Part shown: positions 54,125 through 64,000 of the stretch, piece after piece
How the letters are laid out: each line of letters opens with the position of its first letter
Position numbering within the stretch: the stretch's first letter is position 1
Made by a program: the position numbers and the translations under genes
Notes under the pieces: model-generated
Database searches by the model: none
Seen by the model: the letters and a program-made list of their open reading frames with translations, nothing else
What the model was told of the DNA's origin: nothing
Virus record (IMG/VR): IMGVR_UViG_3300011989_000009
Coordinates: 28,786 to 92,785 of that record
Direction: 5' to 3' (one strand)
Length of the DNA: 64,000 nucleotides
Source of the DNA: a virus
Taxonomy: Duplodnaviria > Caudoviricetes

Positions 54125-55279
54125 TTATTTCTTCATTTCACGATTAATCCGTTCAAATTCCTCATTGCGTACCATAATGTCGTTGAGCTGTTGCAAGACG
54201 GTGGTGTAGGGTTCATTGTCGAGGGCGGCGGCGGTGGTATGCAGATATTTCTCCAGTGTGGCGGTCGTGCGGGTATAGACCTCCATCGGGTTGACGGGCT
54301 TCTTATTCTCCACCTTGGAAGTCTTGAAGACTTTAGGGTATTGTGTCGAGAGCCAGTGCATCATGCCCTGCCACCACAACGCCACGAGTTGCCAGTCCTT
54401 TTGTGAAAAGGAAAGGAAATACTTCATGTTCGCAACGGACTGCCCGGCTTGGTATTGAAAATCTCTTTTTCGTCGTCCGCTCTCCGCATCGGCATAACGA
54501 ACCTTGCGTATAAAGATGGTAGCCAGGAAGTGTGCGTGCATTTTTTGCACATACTCACTCTGCTGTATCAGCGTTCGTGTCGCCTGTCCTTGTTTCTTGC
54601 GGTCCGCACGATCGTGTGGCCTGCGCCTGAGCAAGACCGCATATTGCTGCGTGAGCTGTACGAGACGGTTCTCCGCCATCCTCACGGCCTCCATATAGTC
54701 TTGACAAAAGCGGTAACGCTGCCACGTAAAGCCATCCATGAAAAGGTTAGGACCATGGAAGACGATGCTTCCCCCTACCCTACCCTTTCGGCACCGCACG
54801 GACGGAAAAGGAAAAGCAAGGAGTTGGTTGCCATTCGTGGTGTCAAGCCAGTCGAGTTTGCCGGGCAACGTCCTGCGCCCATGTTTCTGCGGTGTCAGCC
54901 AACTCTGAATCTGCCAAAGATACAACGGGAAGGTGACGGCTTCTTTACCGAAGCATTTTCTTACCCAACGACGGAAGAGCTGCCAACGCGGATAAAGCCC
55001 ATGCCAGCGATGCTCATCGTCGAGAGTGTAAGGCAACAAACGACAAAGGTAGCATTGTTCCTCGACGGGCAATGAGGCATCTACCCCCTTGATGATCTCG
55101 ATACCCGACAACCGGATGAAACACGCTATCTTCACATCGTCGATACTGAACTGCCGGTAACGTGACTGCCGCATGGCACAACCCACGAGAATGTCAGCAA
55201 TTGCCCGGAGCTGGAACAACGAACAGTCATTCCAGTTCCGGGGCAACTTCAAGTCAATTTTTACTTCCTCTCCACGCAT
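54125..55279 (-). CDS. Hypothetical protein downstream of the tape measure gene
   Basis: 384-aa ORF. Confidence 0.7.
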   Translation of the reverse strand: MRGEEVKIDLKLPRNWNDCSLFQLRAIADILVGCAMRQSRYRQFSIDDVKIACFIRLSGIEIIKGVDASLPVEEQCYLCRLLPYTLDDEHRWHGLYPRWQLFRRWVRKCFGKEAVTFPLYLWQIQSWLTPQKHGRRTLPGKLDWLDTTNGNQLLAFPFPSVRCRKGRVGGSIVFHGPNLFMDGFTWQRYRFCQDYMEAVRMAENRLVQLTQQYAVLLRRRPHDRADRKKQGQATRTLIQQSEYVQKMHAHFLATIFIRKVRYADAESGRRKRDFQYQAGQSVANMKYFLSFSQKDWQLVALWWQGMMHWLSTQYPKVFKTSKVENKKPVNPMEVYTRTTATLEKYLHTTAAALDNEPYTTVLQQLNDIMVRNEEFERINREMKK

Positions 55280-55351
55280 GAATGAATTGATGATTTAATG
55301 AATTGATGAATTGATGAAACCTTTAATTGATGAACTGATGAATTGATGAAA
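55278..55351. repeat. TTGATGAA octamer cluster
   Basis: Fills the intergenic gap after the tape measure gene. Confidence 0.85.
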
Positions 55352-55354
55352 CCT

Positions 55355-58300
55355 TTATTTCCGCCAGAGCGTGTCGCCGCTATTGCGTCGCATGAAGTTG
55401 GCACCGTCTTGCGCCTGTGTAGCGATACCACCACGTCCGTATTTGTTGACAGTGGCATGGATGCCATTCTTCTGCAAGGCAGCGAGCACCTCCGTCAGTG
55501 CACGGTTGGTGGCGTCGATACGGTCAAGACGCTCGTTGAGTGCGGTATTGTCGGCTGTGGCAAAATCCTGCACGTTACCACCGTCATAGGCTCTGTAGCC
55601 ACGGCCGGAATAGTTCTTATCGTAGCTGACGAGCGCACGCAAGAGGTCGGGACGGTTCATCTGCAAGGCGGCTGTCGTCTCACGTCCGATGACCATCTCC
55701 GGACCACGCTCACCGACGATGGCACGCTGACCGCCCACAAAGGTATCAATAGGCTCCGTGACAAGTCCGGTAGAAAGGTTGTCAACATGCTCTGTACGAT
55801 ACACACGACCATCGTTGCCGACGACATATTGTGTACCCTGCTGTCCGCCAAAGGACTGCACGTTACCGCTGTCGTAGGTCAGCATACCCGACACGAGTTT
55901 GGTGTTGACGGTACTGTCACTACCCTTACTGCCACCCCCGAAGAGTGACGAGACACGTGACATAGCCCAGGCCAGCAAACCATTCAGCAAGGCGGTAATG
56001 ACAGCCACAAGTGGAATACCCCACCAACCTAAGCGGCCAATGATCTTAGAGGCACCCGAAGCGATACCCAAGGTCGTAGAAGCCTGTGCGCTGGCACTGT
56101 CCGTCTGAACATCCTCCTGGACATTCGCCTTCTTCGTCTTCGTAGCCTCCGTCTGAATCTTACCGAGCGTATCAGTGGTCTTCTGTTCAACACCGGTCGT
56201 CAACACCTGACGAGCCTCGCCACCCTTCTTCTCGGTCTCGGTCATCTCCGTCTGCGTCTCCTGCGTCGTCTTAACGGATTCCTTCTTATGCTTTTTGAAG
56301 AGACCGATGAAACCCTTGAAGGCTTTCGTCAACAGCGAGCTTTTCTTCTTACTTCCGCCCTTCTGAGCGTCAGCAATCTCTTCGTTTGTCTGTTGCTCGG
56401 TCTTCACGGCTTTCTTACCGTAGGTCTTACGGATCAGCGCTTCTTTCACCTTCTCCATCATCAGTTGGTTGATGATCTTGATGGTAGACTGCGCATAGGA
56501 CTTCACCATGTCGGACAAAGCCGCTTTCACGGCATCGCGTCCGTCCTTGGCGTTCTGTGCCATCGTCGCAAAGGCGTTACCCATGGCCGTACCGAGCTGT
56601 TCGATGGGGTCGGTCCACTGCTTTAACGATTCCATGCGGTCAGTAACACGATCATAAACCGTTTGCTCCAGTTTCTTCTGAGCAGTCTCGATCTTATCAA
56701 GATATTCGGCCAGCACAGCGGGATCCGTCGTCTTCATCTTCGCAATCTGGTATTTCGTATGGGCAGCTTCCAAATCATTCAAGCCTTGCTCCATATCCAC
56801 ATCGTCATTGCGAATGGTCTGTGAGAAGCCGAAAGGTTGCCATATACTATGCGGACGACCGACAATAGACTGAATAGAAGCCTGACGGGACAGAAGGCGG
56901 TCTTTTTCTTCATATTGTTTATACTCCGTGCTCCGGTCCCACATCTTTTCGATGATCTTCTTCTGTTCGTCGGCCTTACTTTTTAGCTCTTCATAATAAT
57001 CGTCGCCATATTTTGTCAATATATAATAAAAAGACTCTACTTCGGAACGAATAGGATCAAGCTGTTTCTTTAGCTTCTTAGCATCCATATTTCCGTGATC
57101 GTCCAACACGTCTTTTTCATCCAACTGCTTGATGAACGAATCAGTAAGATTTAGACGTTTTGCCCAACTTGTGTACTGAGGATTACCGTCTTTGTCCGTC
57201 TTATAATTACTGAGGAAGCCACGCAACCATTTCCACATTCCCTCATCCGTCGTAATATCATCGACATACGGATGATACCCCATACCGGGCATAGCATGAA
57301 GCATTTCATCAAACGGGTGCAGACGAACATGTCCCGGCGCATGAGCATTGACATCCACGTTATCAATCCATTGCTCCTCAGATGCTTTGCCCCATGTGGA
57401 GAAACCGGACTGTCCTACTTTCGTCAATGGCTTACCATCTTTATCTACAGGCGCATTAGGACCCGCATGCGGATACTCTACTTGTGCAGCATCAGAGAAG
57501 CTCTGGACTTCCAAGCCCAACGTGACGAATTGCTCAGCCACCTTCTTATACAAATCAGAGAATCCATTATAAGAACGTTTCACCGCATCGACGGCTTCTT
57601 GACGTTTCTTTTCTATATCCGCAATGTCAAGTTTATTCTTTGTGCCATTTTCGTAAATTTTGTCAAGGAAAGACTTTGCGCTGATACCGTAAACCTTATC
57701 AGAGCCATCAAATCTTGCCAACGTGCGATAAGCCTGATTAACATCTATACTGTTGATAGCCTTTATCAACTCATCGCTACGTTTAGAATGGTCGAACTGA
57801 TCCCATCCACGGCCCATCTTTTTACGAACTTCCTCAAAGTTATTTTCATGGCCAGAAAGCGCAAAACGAGCTTGCATTAGAGCATTATTGCGACGTGTCT
57901 TCAACTCCGCTACAAGGGCTGTTACCTCTGCGGAAGTACGGGTCCCGCTCGTCACCATATCCTTTAAGGCGGCTTCCTGTAAATTATAATAAGCCTCTAT
58001 GTTGGATATAATAGCAGTAGAATTAGTCTCTGCGTTTTTCAAATCCTCACGCATAGCCTTTTTTGCTCTTGCAATAGCTGCCCTGCGAGCTCTTTCGCGC
58101 GCTTTTGCAGCTTTCGCTTCCGCTTTAAGATCAGGAGGCGCAGCCTGGTCTTTCACCGGCGGTTCTGGCGTGAAAAACGCATTCCACTTATCATCAATCT
58201 TCTGACTTGTCCGATTGGTAGAATATTGCTGCGAGAAGAAATCGACCACATTGCGGCCGATATTCATCACCTGCTTACGTTTGCCTTCCATACCACCGAA

Positions 58301-61300
58301 GAGGACATTCATACGTTTCAGAGCACCTTCGAGACCATATTTAATGCGACCATACTTATTTACCAGATATTCATCGCGCTGTTGATCTGTCGTACCTGCC
58401 GTCTCGAAGAGCAAGGACAGTTCATTGGAAGTGAGGCTAAGCCCCATCTTCTTCATATAGTTCCTTACGGCTGTCTGATAAGGTATGCCACGCCTATAGG
58501 CATCGTCGGCATAGGCTTTTGCTACCTCACCGCCATAGGGCGCATATCTCGTACCGGCGGTAGCCTGCGTGAGCCTCATGAGCTTACTGGCCGACCATAC
58601 GTAACGGGGCGTGAGATTTTCATCCACATCCTTCTGCCTGGCCTCCAGCGCAATCTTATTCTGCAAGGCGGTACAGACACGCTCATAGGCTTTGGCGACA
58701 TCCGTAGCCGTAGCCTTCTCCGACAACAGATTGGTGAGATAAGAACCATACACGCTGTTGAACTGCTGGATAGCCGCCACACGCTCCTGCGAGCCCTTTG
58801 CCGCACGGTCGATGGCACGACGGTAGCCGTCTGCCTCGGCTTTCGCTGCCGACAGCCGCACCTTCATGGCACTGACAGAGTTGTTGTATTTCCTCTGTGC
58901 CTCGTCAGCACCCCCCAGCGTTTCTTTCAACTTCTCATAGGCCGGGATAACGACACCGACAATGATGGCGGCCACGAGGCCGATGACGTTGGCACGCATA
59001 GCGACGGACAACTCGGCCCATGCCGTACGCAAGGCAGCAACGGAGATGGTCGAAGCCACCAAGATGGCACGTAGACGACTGAAAACAGTCGCCAACCCGA
59101 TGATGACACGTGTCAGTCCTGCGGCACCCAGGAAAGTAAGGATCTCCGGCAACAACACGACCAACAATTTCGCACCTTTGACAATCCCGGCGACAACAGT
59201 ACGGAAGGGCACCATGGCCACCGTCGACGAAGTAATGGCACGACTGAGGTTGTACCACTGCATCGTGAGCTGTTTCATGGCGTCCACACCATCTTTGTTG
59301 ACAAACGACTTGGCCCAAAGGTTGTTGGCCCGTTCAAGATAGCCCATTGCTGTCTGTTGACGCAATTGGTATTCCTGCGACACCGCGGTACCCTCTTTGA
59401 AGGATTTATTAGCCACACGTAGATGTTGCTCCACAGCGCCGACATTCTCGGCCATGGAGTTGAAGACGAGGTTCATGCGTGCACCATCAGAGCCTAAAGC
59501 CTTGAAGACATTGACGCGCGCACGACCCATATCGTGCATACGCTGTAAGATAAGGATAATCGCCTCCATCGTCTTACCACTTCGATAGAGATTATCCACC
59601 GTACCCTTCGGTACCTTGATGGCCTGCTCGATGGCACCGGGCGCACGCTGAATCTGCGTGATAAATTTGTTCATAGCCGTAGAAGCCACTTCCGGCATCA
59701 GGCCGAAAGCGTCTGAGGCACTACCCAGCGCAAGAAGTTCCGGCGTGGTGATATGCGCGCTCTTGGCCATGGCATACAAGCGCTTCGTGAACTCCACGAT
59801 GTTACCTGCCGAAGCGGTAGAGGAAGCTGACAGCGAGAAGATGGCCGAACCCGTAGCCTTCAACGCTTTCTCGATACCCATCGACTTGATGAGTCCCATG
59901 TTCTCAACCATCTTCGACATGGCTGTGAGGGTATCGTCACCCATCTGCTCTTTCAAGGCCACATTCAACTCGTTGGCGGCCTCGGTAAAGCTCTTCAAGC
60001 CCTCGACACCATATTGACCCATGCCGAGTTTAGAACCCTCATAGGCGATCTGCTGCAAGCCGGAAAGCGAGGTACGGGTATCGATACCTTTCAAGGCGTC
60101 AGAAAGTCGGTCTACGTCCTTGATGGCCAGTCCGGACACCATACGAATCTGAGACAACTGATCCGACATCTCCAAGTTCTTCTTGAAGATGTCTGTGAGC
60201 ATCTGACTAATCTTCGAGAATATCTGGAAGAGACCAAAGTAAGTGGTCAGATTTCGTAAGGTCGTCTGAAACGCACTCCCCTGTTTCTGTATGGCACCCG
60301 TCGTGCGGTTGATCTCCGCACGGATAGCCTTTAACTGTCTTTGCTTGCTATAAAACTCCTCAGAGCGCCTTTTCGTGGTCTGTAACTCATTGTTGAGTTT
60401 CGCGGCGGCTTCCTGCAACTCTTTGAGGTTGGCACTACGCAGGCCACGGATAGAGCCAGTGATCTCCTCAAAACGTGTCTTGGACATCCCGGCTTCCTTA
60501 TCGACACCCTTCAAGGCATTCTCCAGCTCACGTGCCCATTGCACCATCTTCTGACGCTTTGGAGAACTGAGCGCCATCTTATCGAGTTGTTCATTTACCA
60601 TCTGCAAGCCTTTACGCAGCCTTTCCGGGGTGGCGTTTTTCAGATTCTTTGTCAACGACGCGATCTCCTGTTTCACCTGCCGAGCGGTCAGCGGCACCTG
60701 CTTGGCCTTACCCGCGATGGCGGCAATCTGCTCGTCACACTGCTTCAAAAGGGCGTTGATATTCTCTATCGCCTTCGCCTCGGAACTACCTGCCGCCCCC
60801 TGCGGCAACGTGGCACGACGTGCCAACAAAGCCTGACGCGCCGACTGCAACTGAGCGGCCGACGCGGTACCGCTACGCACGTCGATAGCGGCACGGCGCT
60901 GCTCCTCAGCTTCGAGTTGTTTCAGAACATCGAGCTGACGCTTATAACCAGCATTGTTGGTATTCTCCATCGAACCCAACAATGAACGTTGCTGCTGAAT
61001 GGCACTCTGCAACCAGGCATCGGTCTTATTTTTCAGTGTCGATAGATGGCCTTCCACGTCTTTCAGCGAACCCTGCATGATTTTTATCTGACGCTCCACA
61101 GCGGCATAGTCATTACGCATCTTCGCCAGTGACTTTGAATCGCTGGTATTGGCCATGTCGTTTTTCAACTTTCGCAAGGCCTGACGGAGTTGACGCAAGG
61201 TAGCCTGTGAGAGGTTGTTCATCACATTGCGAAACTGCTCCATCGACGCCTTGTTACGCTCAATGGCCATCTGTACGGCCGAAAGCTCTTCCTTGTAGCT

Positions 61301-61456
61301 GTCCCATTTCTTTTTGTCGGCGGCTACGGTCTGGTCGAGCAAGGACATATCCTTGATAATCTCCTTCTGCCGTTTGTTGAGCAATTTCAAAGCCTCCTGT
61401 GGTGCCGTGGCATTGCAGGTGATTGTGATATTGTGGTTATAATTATTGTTAGCCAT
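55355..61456 (-). CDS. Tail tape measure protein
   Basis: 2033 aa, coiled coil, TP901-type core (SDQLSQIRMVSGL...DTRTS...), TM segments, C-terminal VGERGPEMVI. Confidence 0.93.
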   Translation of the reverse strand: MANNNYNHNITITCNATAPQEALKLLNKRQKEIIKDMSLLDQTVAADKKKWDSYKEELSAVQMAIERNKASMEQFRNVMNNLSQATLRQLRQALRKLKNDMANTSDSKSLAKMRNDYAAVERQIKIMQGSLKDVEGHLSTLKNKTDAWLQSAIQQQRSLLGSMENTNNAGYKRQLDVLKQLEAEEQRRAAIDVRSGTASAAQLQSARQALLARRATLPQGAAGSSEAKAIENINALLKQCDEQIAAIAGKAKQVPLTARQVKQEIASLTKNLKNATPERLRKGLQMVNEQLDKMALSSPKRQKMVQWARELENALKGVDKEAGMSKTRFEEITGSIRGLRSANLKELQEAAAKLNNELQTTKRRSEEFYSKQRQLKAIRAEINRTTGAIQKQGSAFQTTLRNLTTYFGLFQIFSKISQMLTDIFKKNLEMSDQLSQIRMVSGLAIKDVDRLSDALKGIDTRTSLSGLQQIAYEGSKLGMGQYGVEGLKSFTEAANELNVALKEQMGDDTLTAMSKMVENMGLIKSMGIEKALKATGSAIFSLSASSTASAGNIVEFTKRLYAMAKSAHITTPELLALGSASDAFGLMPEVASTAMNKFITQIQRAPGAIEQAIKVPKGTVDNLYRSGKTMEAIILILQRMHDMGRARVNVFKALGSDGARMNLVFNSMAENVGAVEQHLRVANKSFKEGTAVSQEYQLRQQTAMGYLERANNLWAKSFVNKDGVDAMKQLTMQWYNLSRAITSSTVAMVPFRTVVAGIVKGAKLLVVLLPEILTFLGAAGLTRVIIGLATVFSRLRAILVASTISVAALRTAWAELSVAMRANVIGLVAAIIVGVVIPAYEKLKETLGGADEAQRKYNNSVSAMKVRLSAAKAEADGYRRAIDRAAKGSQERVAAIQQFNSVYGSYLTNLLSEKATATDVAKAYERVCTALQNKIALEARQKDVDENLTPRYVWSASKLMRLTQATAGTRYAPYGGEVAKAYADDAYRRGIPYQTAVRNYMKKMGLSLTSNELSLLFETAGTTDQQRDEYLVNKYGRIKYGLEGALKRMNVLFGGMEGKRKQVMNIGRNVVDFFSQQYSTNRTSQKIDDKWNAFFTPEPPVKDQAAPPDLKAEAKAAKARERARRAAIARAKKAMREDLKNAETNSTAIISNIEAYYNLQEAALKDMVTSGTRTSAEVTALVAELKTRRNNALMQARFALSGHENNFEEVRKKMGRGWDQFDHSKRSDELIKAINSIDVNQAYRTLARFDGSDKVYGISAKSFLDKIYENGTKNKLDIADIEKKRQEAVDAVKRSYNGFSDLYKKVAEQFVTLGLEVQSFSDAAQVEYPHAGPNAPVDKDGKPLTKVGQSGFSTWGKASEEQWIDNVDVNAHAPGHVRLHPFDEMLHAMPGMGYHPYVDDITTDEGMWKWLRGFLSNYKTDKDGNPQYTSWAKRLNLTDSFIKQLDEKDVLDDHGNMDAKKLKKQLDPIRSEVESFYYILTKYGDDYYEELKSKADEQKKIIEKMWDRSTEYKQYEEKDRLLSRQASIQSIVGRPHSIWQPFGFSQTIRNDDVDMEQGLNDLEAAHTKYQIAKMKTTDPAVLAEYLDKIETAQKKLEQTVYDRVTDRMESLKQWTDPIEQLGTAMGNAFATMAQNAKDGRDAVKAALSDMVKSYAQSTIKIINQLMMEKVKEALIRKTYGKKAVKTEQQTNEEIADAQKGGSKKKSSLLTKAFKGFIGLFKKHKKESVKTTQETQTEMTETEKKGGEARQVLTTGVEQKTTDTLGKIQTEATKTKKANVQEDVQTDSASAQASTTLGIASGASKIIGRLGWWGIPLVAVITALLNGLLAWAMSRVSSLFGGGSKGSDSTVNTKLVSGMLTYDSGNVQSFGGQQGTQYVVGNDGRVYRTEHVDNLSTGLVTEPIDTFVGGQRAIVGERGPEMVIGRETTAALQMNRPDLLRALVSYDKNYSGRGYRAYDGGNVQDFATADNTALNERLDRIDATNRALTEVLAALQKNGIHATVNKYGRGGIATQAQDGANFMRRNSGDTLWRK

Positions 61457-61466
61457 TGTGTTTGTG

Positions 61467-62021
61467 TTAGAGAGTGATATTCAAATCGTCAAACTTCCCT
61501 ACCGTCTCCAAGATGTTGAAGACAAGTTCCTTCCCCCAATAGTCCTGATAGTAATTCGTCATGCGTGCTTGCAGATGTCGCGTCTCCATCATCAATATCG
61601 GTCGGTGGGTCTCACCCGTCGCCACGACCCAGTTGTTGACATACCTTCTGTCCGGCTTGGCAGGCTTCTCGTGCTGCACTTCCTCAAACGTCAGTGTGCG
61701 CCGCCGCATCTTTCCGTCTTTCTCCACCCATTGCCACATCGTACCCATATCAACAAACCGCAGGTGCTCGACAAAGCTCAGCGTCAGACTGGCAGAGCTC
61801 TTGTCTGCACGAGAGGTCACGGAGATGGACTTGTAAGCCTGTCCCGTCGGCTTCTTCCAGTCGTCGTGCTCTTCGAGTTTATCAATGTAACCGGGATAGA
61901 CCTCAAACGGCCAGATACGCTGCACACGGAAGTGTTTGCGCAGCGCTTCCTCAGACTGACGGGCAAAGAGCTGCAACACCTCATTAGGCTCCCGCGTTGG
62001 TTTATAAACTTGTACGGCCAT
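61467..62021 (-). CDS. Putative tail completion/neck protein
   Basis: TGQAYKSI...HLRFVDMG motif; position upstream of the tape measure gene. Confidence 0.5.
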   Translation of the reverse strand: MAVQVYKPTREPNEVLQLFARQSEEALRKHFRVQRIWPFEVYPGYIDKLEEHDDWKKPTGQAYKSISVTSRADKSSASLTLSFVEHLRFVDMGTMWQWVEKDGKMRRRTLTFEEVQHEKPAKPDRRYVNNWVVATGETHRPILMMETRHLQARMTNYYQDYWGKELVFNILETVGKFDDLNITL

Positions 62022-62023
62022 AC

Positions 62024-62124
62024 ATCAACTGATGAAATGATGAATTAATAAATTGATGAATTAAGACATTGATGAATTGATGAACTGATGAAATCATCAA
62101 TTAATCTTTTGATGAATTGATGAC
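62024..62124. repeat. TTGATGAA octamer cluster
   Basis: About 10 units, intergenic and extending into the 3' end of the upstream gene. Confidence 0.85.
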
Positions 62125-62661
62125 TTGCTCAATATCTTCCCAGGGTGCCATATCCACGAGCTGATTCTCCGGATCATAACTGCCGACAAAGGCTATCCTT
62201 GCCTCGTCATAGCCCTTCGTACTGTCAGAGATAATGAAAAACTCTATCTTGCCAATCTCCGGCTCGTCGATGTCATCAAACTGCAAGGTGTCAACCACGG
62301 CACGGCGGATGCTGTTGGCCTCGCCGAACTGCATCGGTTTGCCGGTGGCGACGCGTGCCTTGATAGCCTCACGCTGACGGGTCATCAACACATCGTTGTA
62401 ACCTTTCTGCATGGCAGCGAAGACGTGAGCGGTAACGAGGTTGTTCAGAAACTGCTCAAAAGCCTCCATGCCTTTAACGATCATCACCGTAGCCAACGGC
62501 AGGGCGATGAAGATGCGGTGCTGTTGTTCATTCCACGCCAGAAGTCCCGACTTCTCCAGTTTGCTCACTGTGTCCAATAGCTGTGTGAGCTCGCTGAGTT
62601 GTGTCAGTTTTACTTTCCTCTGTTGCTTCTGCTGTCTTTTTTCCTTCCACTTCTTGAACAT
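62101..62661 (-). CDS. Hypothetical protein
   Basis: 186-aa ORF. Confidence 0.7.
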   Translation of the reverse strand: MFKKWKEKRQQKQQRKVKLTQLSELTQLLDTVSKLEKSGLLAWNEQQHRIFIALPLATVMIVKGMEAFEQFLNNLVTAHVFAAMQKGYNDVLMTRQREAIKARVATGKPMQFGEANSIRRAVVDTLQFDDIDEPEIGKIEFFIISDSTKGYDEARIAFVGSYDPENQLVDMAPWEDIEQVINSSKD

Positions 62662-63196
62662 CTTTCTTTGCCTCCTGTTTTTTGATTGTTTTCTTTTTCA
62701 AGCTCACTCTGAACATGGCCTCCATCGACGATGCAAGCATGTCAATCTGCGCCTTGTCACGTCCGGCATAGGTGAGATACTGATAATGTCCGGGCGTGAC
62801 CGCTGTGAGCAACGCGCCCTGCGTCACCACGGTACCGTCCTCGCCATCGATACGGAAGAAGCCCTCCTTGACACCGGCATTGTGGGCAACGGAGGCTTTC
62901 AACTCCTTGGGTAGTTCCTGCCGGATAAAGGCTTCCTGATCAGCCGTGGTGAGGATGCGCACCTCAGAGAGCCAACCACGACGCCACAGCCACGCGATGA
63001 AGTGAAGCATCGGATGCGTAACCACCGGCACGACAAAGAGCATCGTGATGGCGTTGCCTGCAAGGTAAGCCACGGCCTTCAAAATCTTATCAAACGTGAC
63101 ATCTCCATTGGTCTGCCACGGACATAACGGTTGCTGACGCAACAGCCGTGGTAGGCTGTTCTCGATGCAGCAAGGTTCTTGAATGATCTGTTCCAT
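62528..63196 (-). CDS. Hypothetical protein
   Basis: Start at ATG 63196 behind the late-type promoter at 63221-63255; overlaps the next gene by 134 nt. Confidence 0.65.
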   Translation of the reverse strand: MEQIIQEPCCIENSLPRLLRQQPLCPWQTNGDVTFDKILKAVAYLAGNAITMLFVVPVVTHPMLHFIAWLWRRGWLSEVRILTTADQEAFIRQELPKELKASVAHNAGVKEGFFRIDGEDGTVVTQGALLTAVTPGHYQYLTYAGRDKAQIDMLASSMEAMFRVSLKKKTIKKQEAKKDVQEVEGKKTAEATEESKTDTTQRAHTAIGHSEQTGEVGTSGVE

Positions 63197-63357
63197 GTTA
63201 ATCTTTGTATGAATACAACACAAAGATAACAAATAAAAAAGTGGAGTAGGGGACACGACCCTTACGTGGAGACATAAGAAAAAGCGAAAAGATATGGATT
63301 TTACTCGCTATATCTTGAAACTTTTTCGTAACTTTGCAAAGACGAAAATCAATTATT

Positions 63358-63612
63358 ATGGCAAAGACGAAATTGAAAACAAAACAGACCTCCCCGGCCT
63401 GGTATATCGCACGGGACGTAATGAAGCGAAAGGGCTTCACCTACGACCAACTCGCTGAGAAGATTGGTATGTCACCCAGTTCCACATTTATGATTGTGAA
63501 CCGCGCGCCCAGCATCCTGCATGTAAAGATGCTGGCCGATGTCATGGGCGTGCCCTTCGCAGAATTCTTCGACTTCACTAAAAAGGAGGCACCATGCCAA
63601 GAGGAACAGTAA
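63358..63612 (+). CDS. XRE-family HTH regulator
   Basis: KGFTYDQLAEKIGMSPSS...PSILHVKMLADVMGVPFAEFF; promoter TAACTTTG at 63329. Confidence 0.85.
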   Translation: MAKTKLKTKQTSPAWYIARDVMKRKGFTYDQLAEKIGMSPSSTFMIVNRAPSILHVKMLADVMGVPFAEFFDFTKKEAPCQEEQ

Positions 63613-63911
63613 GCACGAGCTGGCAGCGCATCCGTGAATATACCGAGCAATGGGACTGGACGGATGCCGTGACAGGACTGCGCACCATCGGCTTCAATCC
63701 ACCAAAGAGCGCAAGGGACGCCAAACGACGGCCTTTTCATATCAAATATGTCACGGGCAACGGGCATCTCGTTGTCGCCAATGCGGTGTGTATCAAGGTG
63801 GACAGACGCAAGCACATGAGGCGCTTGCAGTTCCTGCCCAGCAATAAGATAGAGTGGTGCCGCGACTATCTCATCATCGAGATCAACGGCACAAGGTTCT
63901 ACGTTACTTAA
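63594..63911 (+). CDS. Hypothetical protein
   Basis: 105-aa ORF overlapping the HTH gene. Confidence 0.65.
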   Translation: MPRGTVSTSWQRIREYTEQWDWTDAVTGLRTIGFNPPKSARDAKRRPFHIKYVTGNGHLVVANAVCIKVDRRKHMRRLQFLPSNKIEWCRDYLIIEINGTRFYVT

Positions 63912-64000
63912 AGTATTAAATATGTTAATAATTATTCTACTTTTTACATACTTCCTGCAACCGTTTGAAACGGATTGCGGTATCGTATCGGACATAACGG

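Noticed and set aside
55-63995. Numerous plus-strand ORFs antisense to large minus-strand genes (e.g. 9402-10175, 13756-14598, 17272-17979, 51585-52367, 58226-59074)
   Set aside because: Shadow ORFs caused by codon bias of the real genes; no recognisable motifs.
1-64000. tRNA, rRNA, integrase, portal, holin and endolysin genes
   Set aside because: None recognised in this window; they may lie in the rest of the genome. A tRNA scan was not run.

Overview
A 64-kb segment of a large temperate tailed phage of a Bacteroidota host (Prevotella-like, inferred from gene content and TAnnTTTG promoters). Most genes are on the minus strand. It probably lysogenises as a plasmid: a Rep initiator, 2x4 inverted 22-bp iterons and ParA plus a small adaptor lie at 51-54 kb, and no integrase is in the window. 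Left to right: a tail-fibre module with a complete diversity-generating retroelement (RT, TR, VR, hairpins); terminase, tail tube, capsid and protease/scaffold genes; an accessory/nucleotide-metabolism block (guanylate kinase, PAPS reductase, radical SAM, MazG, ACPs, ketoacyl synthase); a replication block (beta clamp, SSB-like, primase-helicase, exonuclease); an immunity region; two adenine methylases and ThyX; the plasmid replicon; and the tape measure gene. The most striking element is at 34.7-37.9 kb. A circularly permuted C5-cytosine methyltransferase sits in an array of 12 tightly packed ~45-65 aa modules resembling target-recognition (TRD) segments, one of them fused to the enzyme. Eleven modules carry their own G6-G9 tract (7 in frame, 4 out of frame, including the catalytic gene), and the free modules share a C-terminal hhh-[E/N/V]-Y-x-h motif. 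I interpret this as a candidate phase-variable, plug-in multispecific methylation system. All family assignments come from motif recognition by eye; no database search was run.
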